Shown here: piece by piece, positions 44,377-53,025 of the stretch
How the letters are laid out: each line of letters starts with the position of its first letter
Position numbering within the stretch: the first letter of the stretch is position 1
Source of the DNA: Dehalococcoidia bacterium
GTDB taxonomy: Bacteria; Chloroflexota; Dehalococcoidia; Lucifugimonadales; GCA-2712585
Direction: 5' to 3'
Assembly (NCBI GenBank): GCA_965207845.1
Contig: CBDBNU010000002.1
Location: forward strand, 720,323-784,322
Length of the DNA stretch: 64,000 nt
Made by a program: the position numbers and the translations under genes
Notes under the pieces: generated by a model
What the model saw: the letters and a program-made list of their open reading frames with translations, nothing else
Told to the model about the DNA's origin: nothing
Databases searched by the model: none

Positions 44377-44600
44377 TCAGGACGTTATAGCCCACAAATA
44401 AATTGGCCAGCGCCGGCCTCCTTGTCTCGGGAGACCCGCCTGGCCATGCTACGTCACCCCACAAGGGGATGTGAATCTATAATCGCATTTCACTCCGAAT
44501 CTGTCAATTCCCCATACCCTAATCTTCCCCCGAGATGAAGCGAATATTCTCCCTACCCCCAAATCAGTCTCCAAACCGCTATAATACCCCGCGCAGCGCC

Positions 44601-46181
44601 ATGAACACCCTGGAATACCTCATCATCGCCAGCGCCATCGTCCCGGACCGTCCGGCCATCGTTTTCGAAGGCCGCCGCATCGCCTTTGGAGAGCTGCAGC
44701 AGCGGGTCAACCGCCTGGCCAACTCCCTCTCAGGCTTGGGTTTGCAGCCGGGCCAGCGCGTCGCCTTCATGGACGTCAACACCCCCGAACTCATCCAGAC
44801 CTACCTCGCCTGCGCCCAGCTGGACGCCATTTTTGTCCCCCTCAACTACCGCGCCCGTCCCCAGGAAATCTCCCAGATGCTCCAAAGCTGCCAGCCCTCC
44901 CTGCTGATGGTCGGCAGCAGATACCAGGACATCGTCGCTTCCATTATCGACGGCGTGCCCTCCCTCCGCCACATCATCGCTATGGAGCAGCGCTCCGACA
45001 ACGACTGGCTCTTCTTCGACGACCTGATTGCCGCCGCCACCGACGACGAGCTCCACTTCCCCACCACCGATGACGCCGACACAACGCTGCTCCTGTTCAC
45101 CTCCGGCACCACGTCGACCCCCAAGGCAGTGAAGCTCACCCACGACAGCTTCAGTTCCTACATGCTCTCCAGCATCCCGCCCGCCGACCCTGATGTCGAA
45201 GAGCGGAACCTCCTCTCCCTGCCCATGTATCACGTCGCCGGCATGCAGTCTGCCCTGGCCGCCATCTATGGCGGACGCACCCTGCTTCTGGCCCGCCAGT
45301 TCGAAGCCCAGCAGTGGATGGAACTCGTCCAAAGCGAAAAAGCCCACCGTGCCGGTATGGTACCCACCATGCTCAAGCAGGTCCTCGACCACCCCCAATT
45401 CCCTGACTATGACCTCTCCAGCCTGCGGATTATCAGCTACGGCGCCGCTCCCATGCCCCTGGAGGTGGTCCGGAAGGCCATCGATCTCCTCCCCCACGCC
45501 CGCTTCATCAACGCCTTCGGCCAGACCGAGACCGCCTCCACAATCACCATGCTCTCCCCGGAGGACCATGTACTCGAGGGCGACCCCGACGAAATCGAAA
45601 AACGTCTCCGCCGCCTGACCTCCGTCGGCAAACCCCTTGACGACGTGGAAATCGCCATTCTGTACGATGACGGCTCCCCCCTAACCACGGGACAGGATGG
45701 CGAAGTCGCGGCCCGCGGCCCCCGCCTCATGTCCGGCTATTGGGGCGACGAAAGCGCCACCCGTGACGCCTTTCATGACGGTTGGCTCCTCACCGGCGAT
45801 CGCGGCTATCTGGACGACGACGGCTATCTCTTCCTGACCGGGCGCTCCAAGGACTTCATCAAGCGCGGCGGCGAAATGATCTCCCCCCAGGAGGTGGAAG
45901 ACATCCTCCTCTCCCATCCCGCCGTCCAGGAGGTCGCCGTCATCGGCGTACCCGACGTCCAGTGGGGCGAGCGCGTCCGCGCCCTCGTCGTACCCGCTCC
46001 CGCCGGTCGCGCCACCCCTGAGGACCTCATCGAGCACTGCCGCCACCGCCTCGCCGGCTTCAAGCGTCCTGAGTCGGTCGTATTCGTTGCGAATATCCCC
46101 AAGAACCCGATGGGCAAAGTCCTGAAGCGCGTCCTTCGAGACGAATACGGCTCCCCCATAGATGGTCCGGGTTCCGAATGA
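44601..46181 (+). CDS. AMP-dependent acyl-CoA synthetase/ligase
   Basis: Start at the ATG at 44601. AMP-binding motif LLFTSGTTSTPKAV, then ...GQTE..., ...GDRGYLDDDGYLFLTGRSKDFIKRGGE.... Confidence 0.85.
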   Translation: MNTLEYLIIASAIVPDRPAIVFEGRRIAFGELQQRVNRLANSLSGLGLQPGQRVAFMDVNTPELIQTYLACAQLDAIFVPLNYRARPQEISQMLQSCQPSLLMVGSRYQDIVASIIDGVPSLRHIIAMEQRSDNDWLFFDDLIAAATDDELHFPTTDDADTTLLLFTSGTTSTPKAVKLTHDSFSSYMLSSIPPADPDVEERNLLSLPMYHVAGMQSALAAIYGGRTLLLARQFEAQQWMELVQSEKAHRAGMVPTMLKQVLDHPQFPDYDLSSLRIISYGAAPMPLEVVRKAIDLLPHARFINAFGQTETASTITMLSPEDHVLEGDPDEIEKRLRRLTSVGKPLDDVEIAILYDDGSPLTTGQDGEVAARGPRLMSGYWGDESATRDAFHDGWLLTGDRGYLDDDGYLFLTGRSKDFIKRGGEMISPQEVEDILLSHPAVQEVAVIGVPDVQWGERVRALVVPAPAGRATPEDLIEHCRHRLAGFKRPESVVFVANIPKNPMGKVLKRVLRDEYGSPIDGPGSE

Positions 46182-46317
46182 CCGCAGTGTCTCCATCCAA
46201 CGATTCGCACCCGCCTGTCATCCCAATGATTTCCGCAAATCTTTCCGTTGACAGGGCTTGGCGACCTGTCTAAACTCACAAACCGCAATCACAGGCAATG
46301 TTAGGAGTGTTCCGCTA

Positions 46318-46998
46318 GTGCCCGTCACGAACATACTCGCCGAGAGCCCCACGACTTTCCCCTCAGCCCTATTTGAACCTTCCAAACCCACCAAGTCCCT
46401 CATCATCCTGCTCGCCGGCGTCCCGGGCACGGGCAAGACCACCCTTGGCAACGCCCTGCTCGGGCATCTCGGCCTTACCCACCACATCAGCACCGGCTTC
46501 CTGCGCGCCGCCATCGACCCCTATCTCCCAACGCACCAGTCCCGCCTGCTCCGTCGTCACGCTTTCGACGCCTACGAACTTCTGGACCCCTCTACGTTGC
46601 GTCCCGACGACTACGTAATCCAGGGCGCCATCGCTCAAACCGACCTGCTCCGCCGCGTCATATGCACCTGCCTCGCCCGCGCCCGCAGAGAGGGGATCGG
46701 ACTCATCATGGAGGGCAGCCACTTCATACCCGGCATCATCGACCCCAAGGAATTTGGCGCCGACCTCCTCTGCGTCCTGGACGTCCCCAACCGCAACGAT
46801 CTGAAAGCCCGCGCCCTCAGCCCGAACCATCAGAACCGCCACCTGTCGACGTGGGACCTGGAGCGGCTGGTAGTTCTTCAGGATCAGCTTCTATCGATGG
46901 CCCGCCGCCACGACCACCCCATCGTCGCCAACGTCGACCTCGATCGCGCCGTGAAGGAAGTGACAAACCTGGCGCTCAACAACAACGTCTCCGACTAA
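46318..46998 (+). CDS. P-loop kinase-like protein (2-phosphoglycerate-kinase-like)
   Basis: Walker A LLAGVPGTGKTT followed by ...HHISTGFLRAAI... and ...GLIMEGSHFIPG. The ORF opens at 46258; the GTG at 46318 follows AGGAG. Start uncertain. Confidence 0.55.
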   Translation: MPVTNILAESPTTFPSALFEPSKPTKSLIILLAGVPGTGKTTLGNALLGHLGLTHHISTGFLRAAIDPYLPTHQSRLLRRHAFDAYELLDPSTLRPDDYVIQGAIAQTDLLRRVICTCLARARREGIGLIMEGSHFIPGIIDPKEFGADLLCVLDVPNRNDLKARALSPNHQNRHLSTWDLERLVVLQDQLLSMARRHDHPIVANVDLDRAVKEVTNLALNNNVSD

Positions 46999-47114
46999 CC
47001 GCCCCCACCCTCGGTCAAGGGGCTCGCACTGGAATCTCTTGCCGCAAGCGTATCCATGTGCTAAACTAATGCTCGAATCAAAAATCCACTAGTTTATGTT
47101 GGAGGAAAGCAACT

Positions 47115-47870
47115 ATGGGAAACCCGGTAGTGCACTTCGAAATCGCGGGCCCGGATGGACCTGCTCTGCAGCAGTTCTATCGTGATCTGTTTGGATGGAA
47201 TATCGACGTGCTGGGCAAAGAGATGCTCAACTACGGACTGGTGCAGGCAAACGAAGGCGGCATCGGTGGCGGCCTGTTTCCTACACCCGACGATATGGAG
47301 CCTCGCAGCTACGTTACCTTCTATGTGCAGGTTGACGATCTTCAGGCAGCGCTGGATAAGCTGGCCGGAATGGGCGGGACTCCCATCATGCAACCCACCG
47401 AGATAGCCCCGGGCATGGGCTCGGTTGCCATGTTCGTAGACCCCGGCGGCAACACCATCGGGCTGTATTCGCTCCCCGCGGAATCGGACGTGGAGTCGTC
47501 CCCAAAGGGCGACGCTCCCCCGGTGGTGCACTTCGAAGTTGGGTCTAGCGACGGAGCCGCGCTTACCGAGTTCTACACCGGAATGTTCGGCTGGGAAGTG
47601 ATGCTTCATGAGGAGATGAACTACCGTCTTGTCCAGCAAGAGTCCGGCGGGATCGGCGGCGGCATCTTCGAGCACACGGAGGGTATGCCGCCCAATCATC
47701 CGTCCGTCGCCGTGATGGTCGACGACCTGCAAGCCTATCTTGACAGGGCTGTAACTCTGGGCGGCCAGATCATGATGCAGCCTACGGAAATCCCCGGCGG
47801 ATTTGGTTCCTTTGCCCTGTTCACTGACATCGCCGGCAACCGCATCTCGCTCTTCAAGAATCCCCGGTAA
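47115..47870 (+). CDS. VOC (glyoxalase/bleomycin-resistance/dioxygenase) family protein, two-domain
   Basis: Duplicated module VVHFEI(A/V)G...FY...FGW... ...PGG..IGL. GGAGGAAA RBS. Confidence 0.85.
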   Translation: MGNPVVHFEIAGPDGPALQQFYRDLFGWNIDVLGKEMLNYGLVQANEGGIGGGLFPTPDDMEPRSYVTFYVQVDDLQAALDKLAGMGGTPIMQPTEIAPGMGSVAMFVDPGGNTIGLYSLPAESDVESSPKGDAPPVVHFEVGSSDGAALTEFYTGMFGWEVMLHEEMNYRLVQQESGGIGGGIFEHTEGMPPNHPSVAVMVDDLQAYLDRAVTLGGQIMMQPTEIPGGFGSFALFTDIAGNRISLFKNPR

Positions 47871-47982
47871 GGGTCGCAACGTTCCCAGGCTCGGAACCAA
47901 CGCAGACTCGCCGCAGAGGAGGCTGGCGAGAAGTTCGACGAACCTCCCCCCTCCCTCAACAACCTCTCCTGACCCACGATCC

Positions 47983-49680
47983 CTACACCGTCGGCCGCTT
48001 GTCCTTCAACACGTCCGCAGCCCGCGCCGGGTACGGCAGCTCGTCCGGGTCCACCGGAATCTCGATCAGCGTCGGCCCGCCCGACGCCAACGCCTCCGAC
48101 ATGGCCTCCGTCAGTTCTCGTTCGTCCGACGCGTAGAACCCCTTGCCCCCAAACAGGTCCATCAGCTTGTCCAGCCGTGGGTTGGTGATATCCGCCTCGA
48201 TGTACCGCTCCCCGTAGAAGAACTTCTGGTACGCCTTCTCGGACCCCCACGAGTTGTTGTTCATCACAATCGCCACCACCGGAATGTTCCACCGCACCGC
48301 CGTCTCCATCTCCTGCACGTTCATCAGGAAACCCCCGTCGCCGTTGATGCTTATCACCGGCCTGTCGGGACACCCCATCTTCACCCCCAACGCCATCGGA
48401 TAGCTGATTCCGATGCACCCCAGGTCCAGCGGGCTGGTCAGGCTGTACGGACGATTGAAGTCCAGCCTGTCGTAGGCGTATCCCGAAGCCGCTCCCGCCT
48501 CGATAACCGTCAGCGCGTCAGCGGGATAGACTCGACGCAGCACGTGATAGACCTCCTGCGGCTTCAGTATCTTCCCGGCCCGAGGCCGTTCCCCATCCAG
48601 CCGATCTCGCCGCTGCCGCCGAAGCTTCGACGCCACGCCCAAGCGCGCCTCTCCGCCCGGCGGCGCTCCCAACTCCCCCACCAACTCCAACAGCGCCCGC
48701 GACGCCGCCCCCACGTCCCCCAGAATCCCCACCTCAACAGGATGATTCCTGCCAAGCTCCTCCTCGTCTATCTCCACCTGCACAATCTTCGCTTCCCGCG
48801 GTATGAACCTGTTGTCGTAGAACGTCGTGAAGTGCGATAGCCGCGTCCCCAGCGCCAGCACCACGTCCGCCTGCTGCACCAGTTCCGCCGCCTCCGGCGC
48901 CCCCGCCCGACCCAGCATCCCCACGTACAACCTCTCGTCGTTGGGCATCGAGTCCACCCGCCCGTAGGACGCCACCATCGGCGCGGCCAGCGCCTCCGCC
49001 AATGCGACGACCTCCTCGTGGGCTCGGCTCCATTTCACTCCCCCACCCACCACAATTACAGGAAACTTCGCGTCCCGCAACACCTCGGCCGCCCGACGCA
49101 GCAACGCCGGGTCTCCAGCCGATGCCTGCGCCTGACGCACTGGCCCCAGCATCCCCTCGTCCGCCTCCACCGCCGTCTCATTCTGAATGTCCCGCGGAAT
49201 GTCCACCACCACCGGCCCCATTTTCCCCGACTTCGCAACCCGAAACGCATGCAGCAGCGTGTCCGGTATCCGCCCCGCGTTCGGAGCCATCACCGACGCT
49301 TTCGCCACCGGACGAAACACCCCCACGTGGTCCACCTCCTGAAACGACCCGCGCCCCATGTGCTCCGTCGAAATCCCGCCAATCATCGCCACCATCGGCG
49401 CGTGGGTCACCTGCGCCCCCGCCACCGGCGTCACCAGGTTCGTCGCCCCAGGCCCGTTCGTCACCAGGCACACCCCCGGTTTGCCCGTCGCGTGGGCGTA
49501 CCCCAGCGCCATAAACCCCGCCCCCTGCTCGTGACGCGTCCCTACGTACTGAATGTCCTCCAACCCGTACATCGCGTCCATAATCTCCAGAAAAGCCGAG
49601 CCCACGACTCCGTAAACGTAGCGCACCCCCTGAGACCGCAGCACCTCCACCACCCACTGACCCGCCGACATCTTGACCAT
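47983..49680 (-). CDS. Thiamine-diphosphate-dependent enzyme (acetolactate-synthase-like large subunit family)
   Basis: Start at the ATG at 49680 (GGAGGGAGCAAAG upstream). ThDP motif GDGGFLMN-x22-NNN. N-terminal pyrimidine-binding domain ...GTRHEQGAGFMALGYA.... Confidence 0.85.
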   Translation of the reverse strand: MVKMSAGQWVVEVLRSQGVRYVYGVVGSAFLEIMDAMYGLEDIQYVGTRHEQGAGFMALGYAHATGKPGVCLVTNGPGATNLVTPVAGAQVTHAPMVAMIGGISTEHMGRGSFQEVDHVGVFRPVAKASVMAPNAGRIPDTLLHAFRVAKSGKMGPVVVDIPRDIQNETAVEADEGMLGPVRQAQASAGDPALLRRAAEVLRDAKFPVIVVGGGVKWSRAHEEVVALAEALAAPMVASYGRVDSMPNDERLYVGMLGRAGAPEAAELVQQADVVLALGTRLSHFTTFYDNRFIPREAKIVQVEIDEEELGRNHPVEVGILGDVGAASRALLELVGELGAPPGGEARLGVASKLRRQRRDRLDGERPRAGKILKPQEVYHVLRRVYPADALTVIEAGAASGYAYDRLDFNRPYSLTSPLDLGCIGISYPMALGVKMGCPDRPVISINGDGGFLMNVQEMETAVRWNIPVVAIVMNNNSWGSEKAYQKFFYGERYIEADITNPRLDKLMDLFGGKGFYASDERELTEAMSEALASGGPTLIEIPVDPDELPYPARAADVLKDKRPTV

Positions 49681-49822
49681 CTTTGCTCCCTCCATCACTC
49701 TTCGCTCTCTTGGTTCTACAACATACCGAGGGGAACCTCAAGAGGAAATCAAGAATCATCTGCATCGAGGCCGACTTTGGACTAGCCGCGCCAGCCCCAA
49801 CACCGCGGCACCATGAACCAGA

Positions 49823-52312
49823 TTACTCTTCTGGACTACAGCGCAGCAGGCCTGTTTTTCTTACCCAAATCTCCGGGAGTTCCTGCGCAATACAGCCCGT
49901 GAAATGATTCCCGTTTAGCCATAACGTCTCCAGCTTGGTAAGGCTGGCTAGTTCCGCAGGAATATCTCCACTTAGTTGGTTGCCCTGGAGCATCAATGTT
50001 GAAAGTTTCGTGAGGTTGCCAAGCTCCGCAGGTATCTCTCCCGTTAGCTGGTTATTGCCCAGATTCAATGTCACGAGCTCAGTCAGGTTTCCCAGCTCTG
50101 ACGGTATCTCCCCAGTCAGCCGATTCAAACGCAGGACCAATTGATCGAGATTGGTGAGATTGCCTAGCTCCGCAGGTATCTCTCCGGTCAATTCATTCTC
50201 TCGCAAAATCAGTCCAATTAGGCTGGAGAGGTTTCCTAATTCCGATGGAATGGGGCCTGCGAGAGCGTTCTCGGCGAGCTCCACCCCGGTAACCTGGCCC
50301 ATCGTGTTAGTAAACACCCCGTGCCATGCACCCAACGGCACGGCGCTGACCCAGTCTCTGTTGTTTACCCAATTCTCTCCCCCGGTGGCGTTGTAAAGCG
50401 CGACCAACGGGGGCAAGTCCGGCGAATCCTCTAGTACCCGGTCGATTAAGGGACTGCCGTGATATCGACGCCAGGCCGAGTCAAATTCCACTTCTCTTCC
50501 AGGTGGCACGTTGGAATTAAACGCATGAAATACGCTGTCGTGGTTTGGATTCTCAAAAATCAGTCCCTGCGCATGAAGATCTCTCATGGCCGCAGCCGCT
50601 GCCTCTGGTCCCAACGCCTCATACATTCCCAGCATAAACCTTTCGCCAAGCCTGTAATCGCAAATCCCTCCCCTGTAGGGATTTACATGTTCCCAGATGT
50701 TCTCCGCGCATCCCCCGGTGGATTCTAGTCCCTCTAACCGATCTTCCAGCTCTTCTCCGCCGGATTGGGCCTTAGTGTAGGCCTCCAGGAAATTTGCTGT
50801 TCCCTCCGTTAGCCATCTCGATCCTGCCTGAATATAGTAGTGGCCGAGTTCGTGAAAGAGCGTACCCACGGGAGGGCCCGTCTCCCGGTTTTCTACCAGA
50901 ATTATCGATGTCAAATAGCACGGATCCACGTTGCCCCCGCCCGCGCAAAACAAACGGTTCTCCCCACTGCCCGAAATCTCCCAGAATTCCGGCTCAACTA
51001 GAAGAACTATTACATCGCTTAGCGGCAACTCCGCCCCCATGAAGTCTTCCATTACTCGTATCCCATGCGCCAACGCCGACAGCGCATAATCGTCAGGAGG
51101 GAACGGAGTATGCCTGACCACGCTAATTCCCACGTCTCCCGACAAAGGGAGGGTAACGAACGCCGACGCTACATGGTTGGTCTCAATCAGGGCTTGTTGA
51201 AATTCGTCATCGGTATCGCCTATCGCGTGCAACAGCGCCGCTTCATCATCATCCAAACCGTCTTGGAACCATGGTTGACTGACAACCCGAGACAAGACTT
51301 CTGAATCTCCTTCGTACAAGCTCCAACCTGTGCTGGAGTCTTCATCGGGGCCAACTATATTTGCCGGCGGGCCTGACAGAGACCAAAGATACAATGATTC
51401 CAGCGCATACTCGTCTCTCTGTCGAAATGGCGACTCGACCACATGCCACGCAAATTCCAGGTTGCTTTCGGATAAATCTCGAACAGCCACCAGGGATTTG
51501 AGCTTTGCCTCTGTTATTCCGTCCCCAACCCACGAATATCCTAGCACTCGCTGGAACAAATCAGGGTCCACATACTGTATTTCTGCTAAGACTCCAATGG
51601 CCTCCAACTCAAGAACGGCTGGTTCGCTGTCCTCAATCCAGGGAACACTCATCAGCAACGCCGTAGACTCCTCATCAGTTACGGATATGTTCCAAAGCCC
51701 CTGCGCGGCATATTTCTCAATTTCTGTGACCCCGTCCGCCATCCACGGCAGCGCTTCCACTGCCTCCCGGCTCCCAGGCCCCGGCGTCGGCTCAGGAGTT
51801 GGTTCCGGCATTGGCATCGGCGTGGGTGCGGGCGTAGGCGAAGGCTCAGGCGTTGGCGCCACGGCAATGGAAGCCGTATGCTTTGGAGTAGGGGCGGGCG
51901 CTGCCTCCGGACTTGGCGTTTGCGTGGCTGTTGGTGCAGGCGCGGGCGTAGGGGTTGGCGTCGATACAGGCATCGGGGTGGCTTGCGACGAAGGGTCAGG
52001 CGTAGGTGTAAGTGTAGGTGTTGCCTGTGGAGTAGGCTCAGGCGTCGACTCGGACGGAGAAGCAGGTGTCGGCTCCGCCGTGGGCGGTGCCGTAGGTGCC
52101 GGAGTGGGCCCCGGGATTTGCTCCGGCATCTCCATCTGTATGGGAATTGGTGTCGAGGTCGATACTAGGTCTGAATTGGATGTGTCTCTCGGTACAACAG
52201 TACCTGTGGGTGGGAGATCATTCTCGCAGGCTGCAAATACAATCAATGCCAACAATTGCAACAAACAAACAACAACTATATGCGGAATACGCCTTCTCAT
52301 GCCAATTAACAT
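49823..52312 (-). CDS. Lipoprotein: Pro/Thr-rich linker + peptidase-MA-like (HExxH) core + C-terminal plant-type leucine-rich repeats (copy B, HExxH intact)
   Basis: Signal peptide plus lipobox (LIVFAAC). About 130 aa of PTPEP-type linker. TLFHELGHYY...WLTEGTANFLE (gluzincin-like). Then six or more 24-aa LRRs of the form LxxLxxLxLxxNxLTGEIPxELGN. Confidence 0.75.
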   Translation of the reverse strand: MLIGMRRRIPHIVVVCLLQLLALIVFAACENDLPPTGTVVPRDTSNSDLVSTSTPIPIQMEMPEQIPGPTPAPTAPPTAEPTPASPSESTPEPTPQATPTLTPTPDPSSQATPMPVSTPTPTPAPAPTATQTPSPEAAPAPTPKHTASIAVAPTPEPSPTPAPTPMPMPEPTPEPTPGPGSREAVEALPWMADGVTEIEKYAAQGLWNISVTDEESTALLMSVPWIEDSEPAVLELEAIGVLAEIQYVDPDLFQRVLGYSWVGDGITEAKLKSLVAVRDLSESNLEFAWHVVESPFRQRDEYALESLYLWSLSGPPANIVGPDEDSSTGWSLYEGDSEVLSRVVSQPWFQDGLDDDEAALLHAIGDTDDEFQQALIETNHVASAFVTLPLSGDVGISVVRHTPFPPDDYALSALAHGIRVMEDFMGAELPLSDVIVLLVEPEFWEISGSGENRLFCAGGGNVDPCYLTSIILVENRETGPPVGTLFHELGHYYIQAGSRWLTEGTANFLEAYTKAQSGGEELEDRLEGLESTGGCAENIWEHVNPYRGGICDYRLGERFMLGMYEALGPEAAAAAMRDLHAQGLIFENPNHDSVFHAFNSNVPPGREVEFDSAWRRYHGSPLIDRVLEDSPDLPPLVALYNATGGENWVNNRDWVSAVPLGAWHGVFTNTMGQVTGVELAENALAGPIPSELGNLSSLIGLILRENELTGEIPAELGNLTNLDQLVLRLNRLTGEIPSELGNLTELVTLNLGNNQLTGEIPAELGNLTKLSTLMLQGNQLSGDIPAELASLTKLETLWLNGNHFTGCIAQELPEIWVRKTGLLRCSPEE

Positions 52313-52364
52313 ACATCATCCACGTACAGTGAAAGAACCCCTCTCCCTCCCCCAAAGACCCTTC

Positions 52365-52901
52365 TTACAACGCCGGCGGCACCACTTCCGAACCCCTCAT
52401 CACCTCATCCCGCGTTAACAGCGGTACGTCATGCACAACGCTCGTCGCCGCGATTATCTCACCCGCCGGGCTCCCCCTGAAATCCAGACGCGTCGACGCC
52501 ACCGACACCGCAAGATCAATAGGCCACACCTGAATTCGACCCAACACGCGCACCACCTCCTGAAACGACCCTCTACCCATGTGTTCCGTCGAAATCTCGC
52601 CAATCATCGCCACCATCGGCGCGTGGGTCACCTGCGCCCCCGCCACCGGCGTCACCAGGTTCGTCGCCCCCGGCCTGTTCGTCACCAGGCACACCCCCGG
52701 CCTGCCGGTCGCGTGGGCGTACCCCAGCGCCATAAACCCCGCCCCCTGCTCGTGACGCGTCCCCACGTACTGAATGTCCTCCAACCCGTACATCGCGTCC
52801 ATAATCTCCAGAAACGCAGACCCCACGACCCCGTAAACGTAGCGCACCCCCTGAGACCGCAGCACCTCCACCACCCACTGACCCGCCGACATCTTAACCA
52901 T
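52365..52901 (-). pseudogene. Chimeric ORF created by tandem duplication: first 115 codons of the ThDP enzyme fused to the last about 63 codons of a PIN/VapC gene
   Basis: MVKMSAGQ...GRGSFQEV differs from the intact gene at 49680 at 3 of 115 residues. It is joined to VRVLGRIQVWPIDLAVS...VVPPAL, near-identical to 55472..55659. Junction at CCACC, 52553-52557. Confidence 0.75.
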
Positions 52902-53025
52902 CTTTGCTCTCCTTAACCTTGCCGTTTTCAGCCACGCCAAACCGGCTATTTCCCAAAATACCCTCGCCAAACGGACTTGCTGGGAGAGACTATGGATGAG
53001 GTGCCTTATTCGGAGCAACTAATGC

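Noticed and set aside
52365-53018. The 217-aa ORF as a genuine gene
   Set aside because: It consists of about 39 non-homologous lead-in codons, then a truncated ThDP-enzyme N-domain, then a truncated PIN C-terminus. It is explained fully as a duplication junction.
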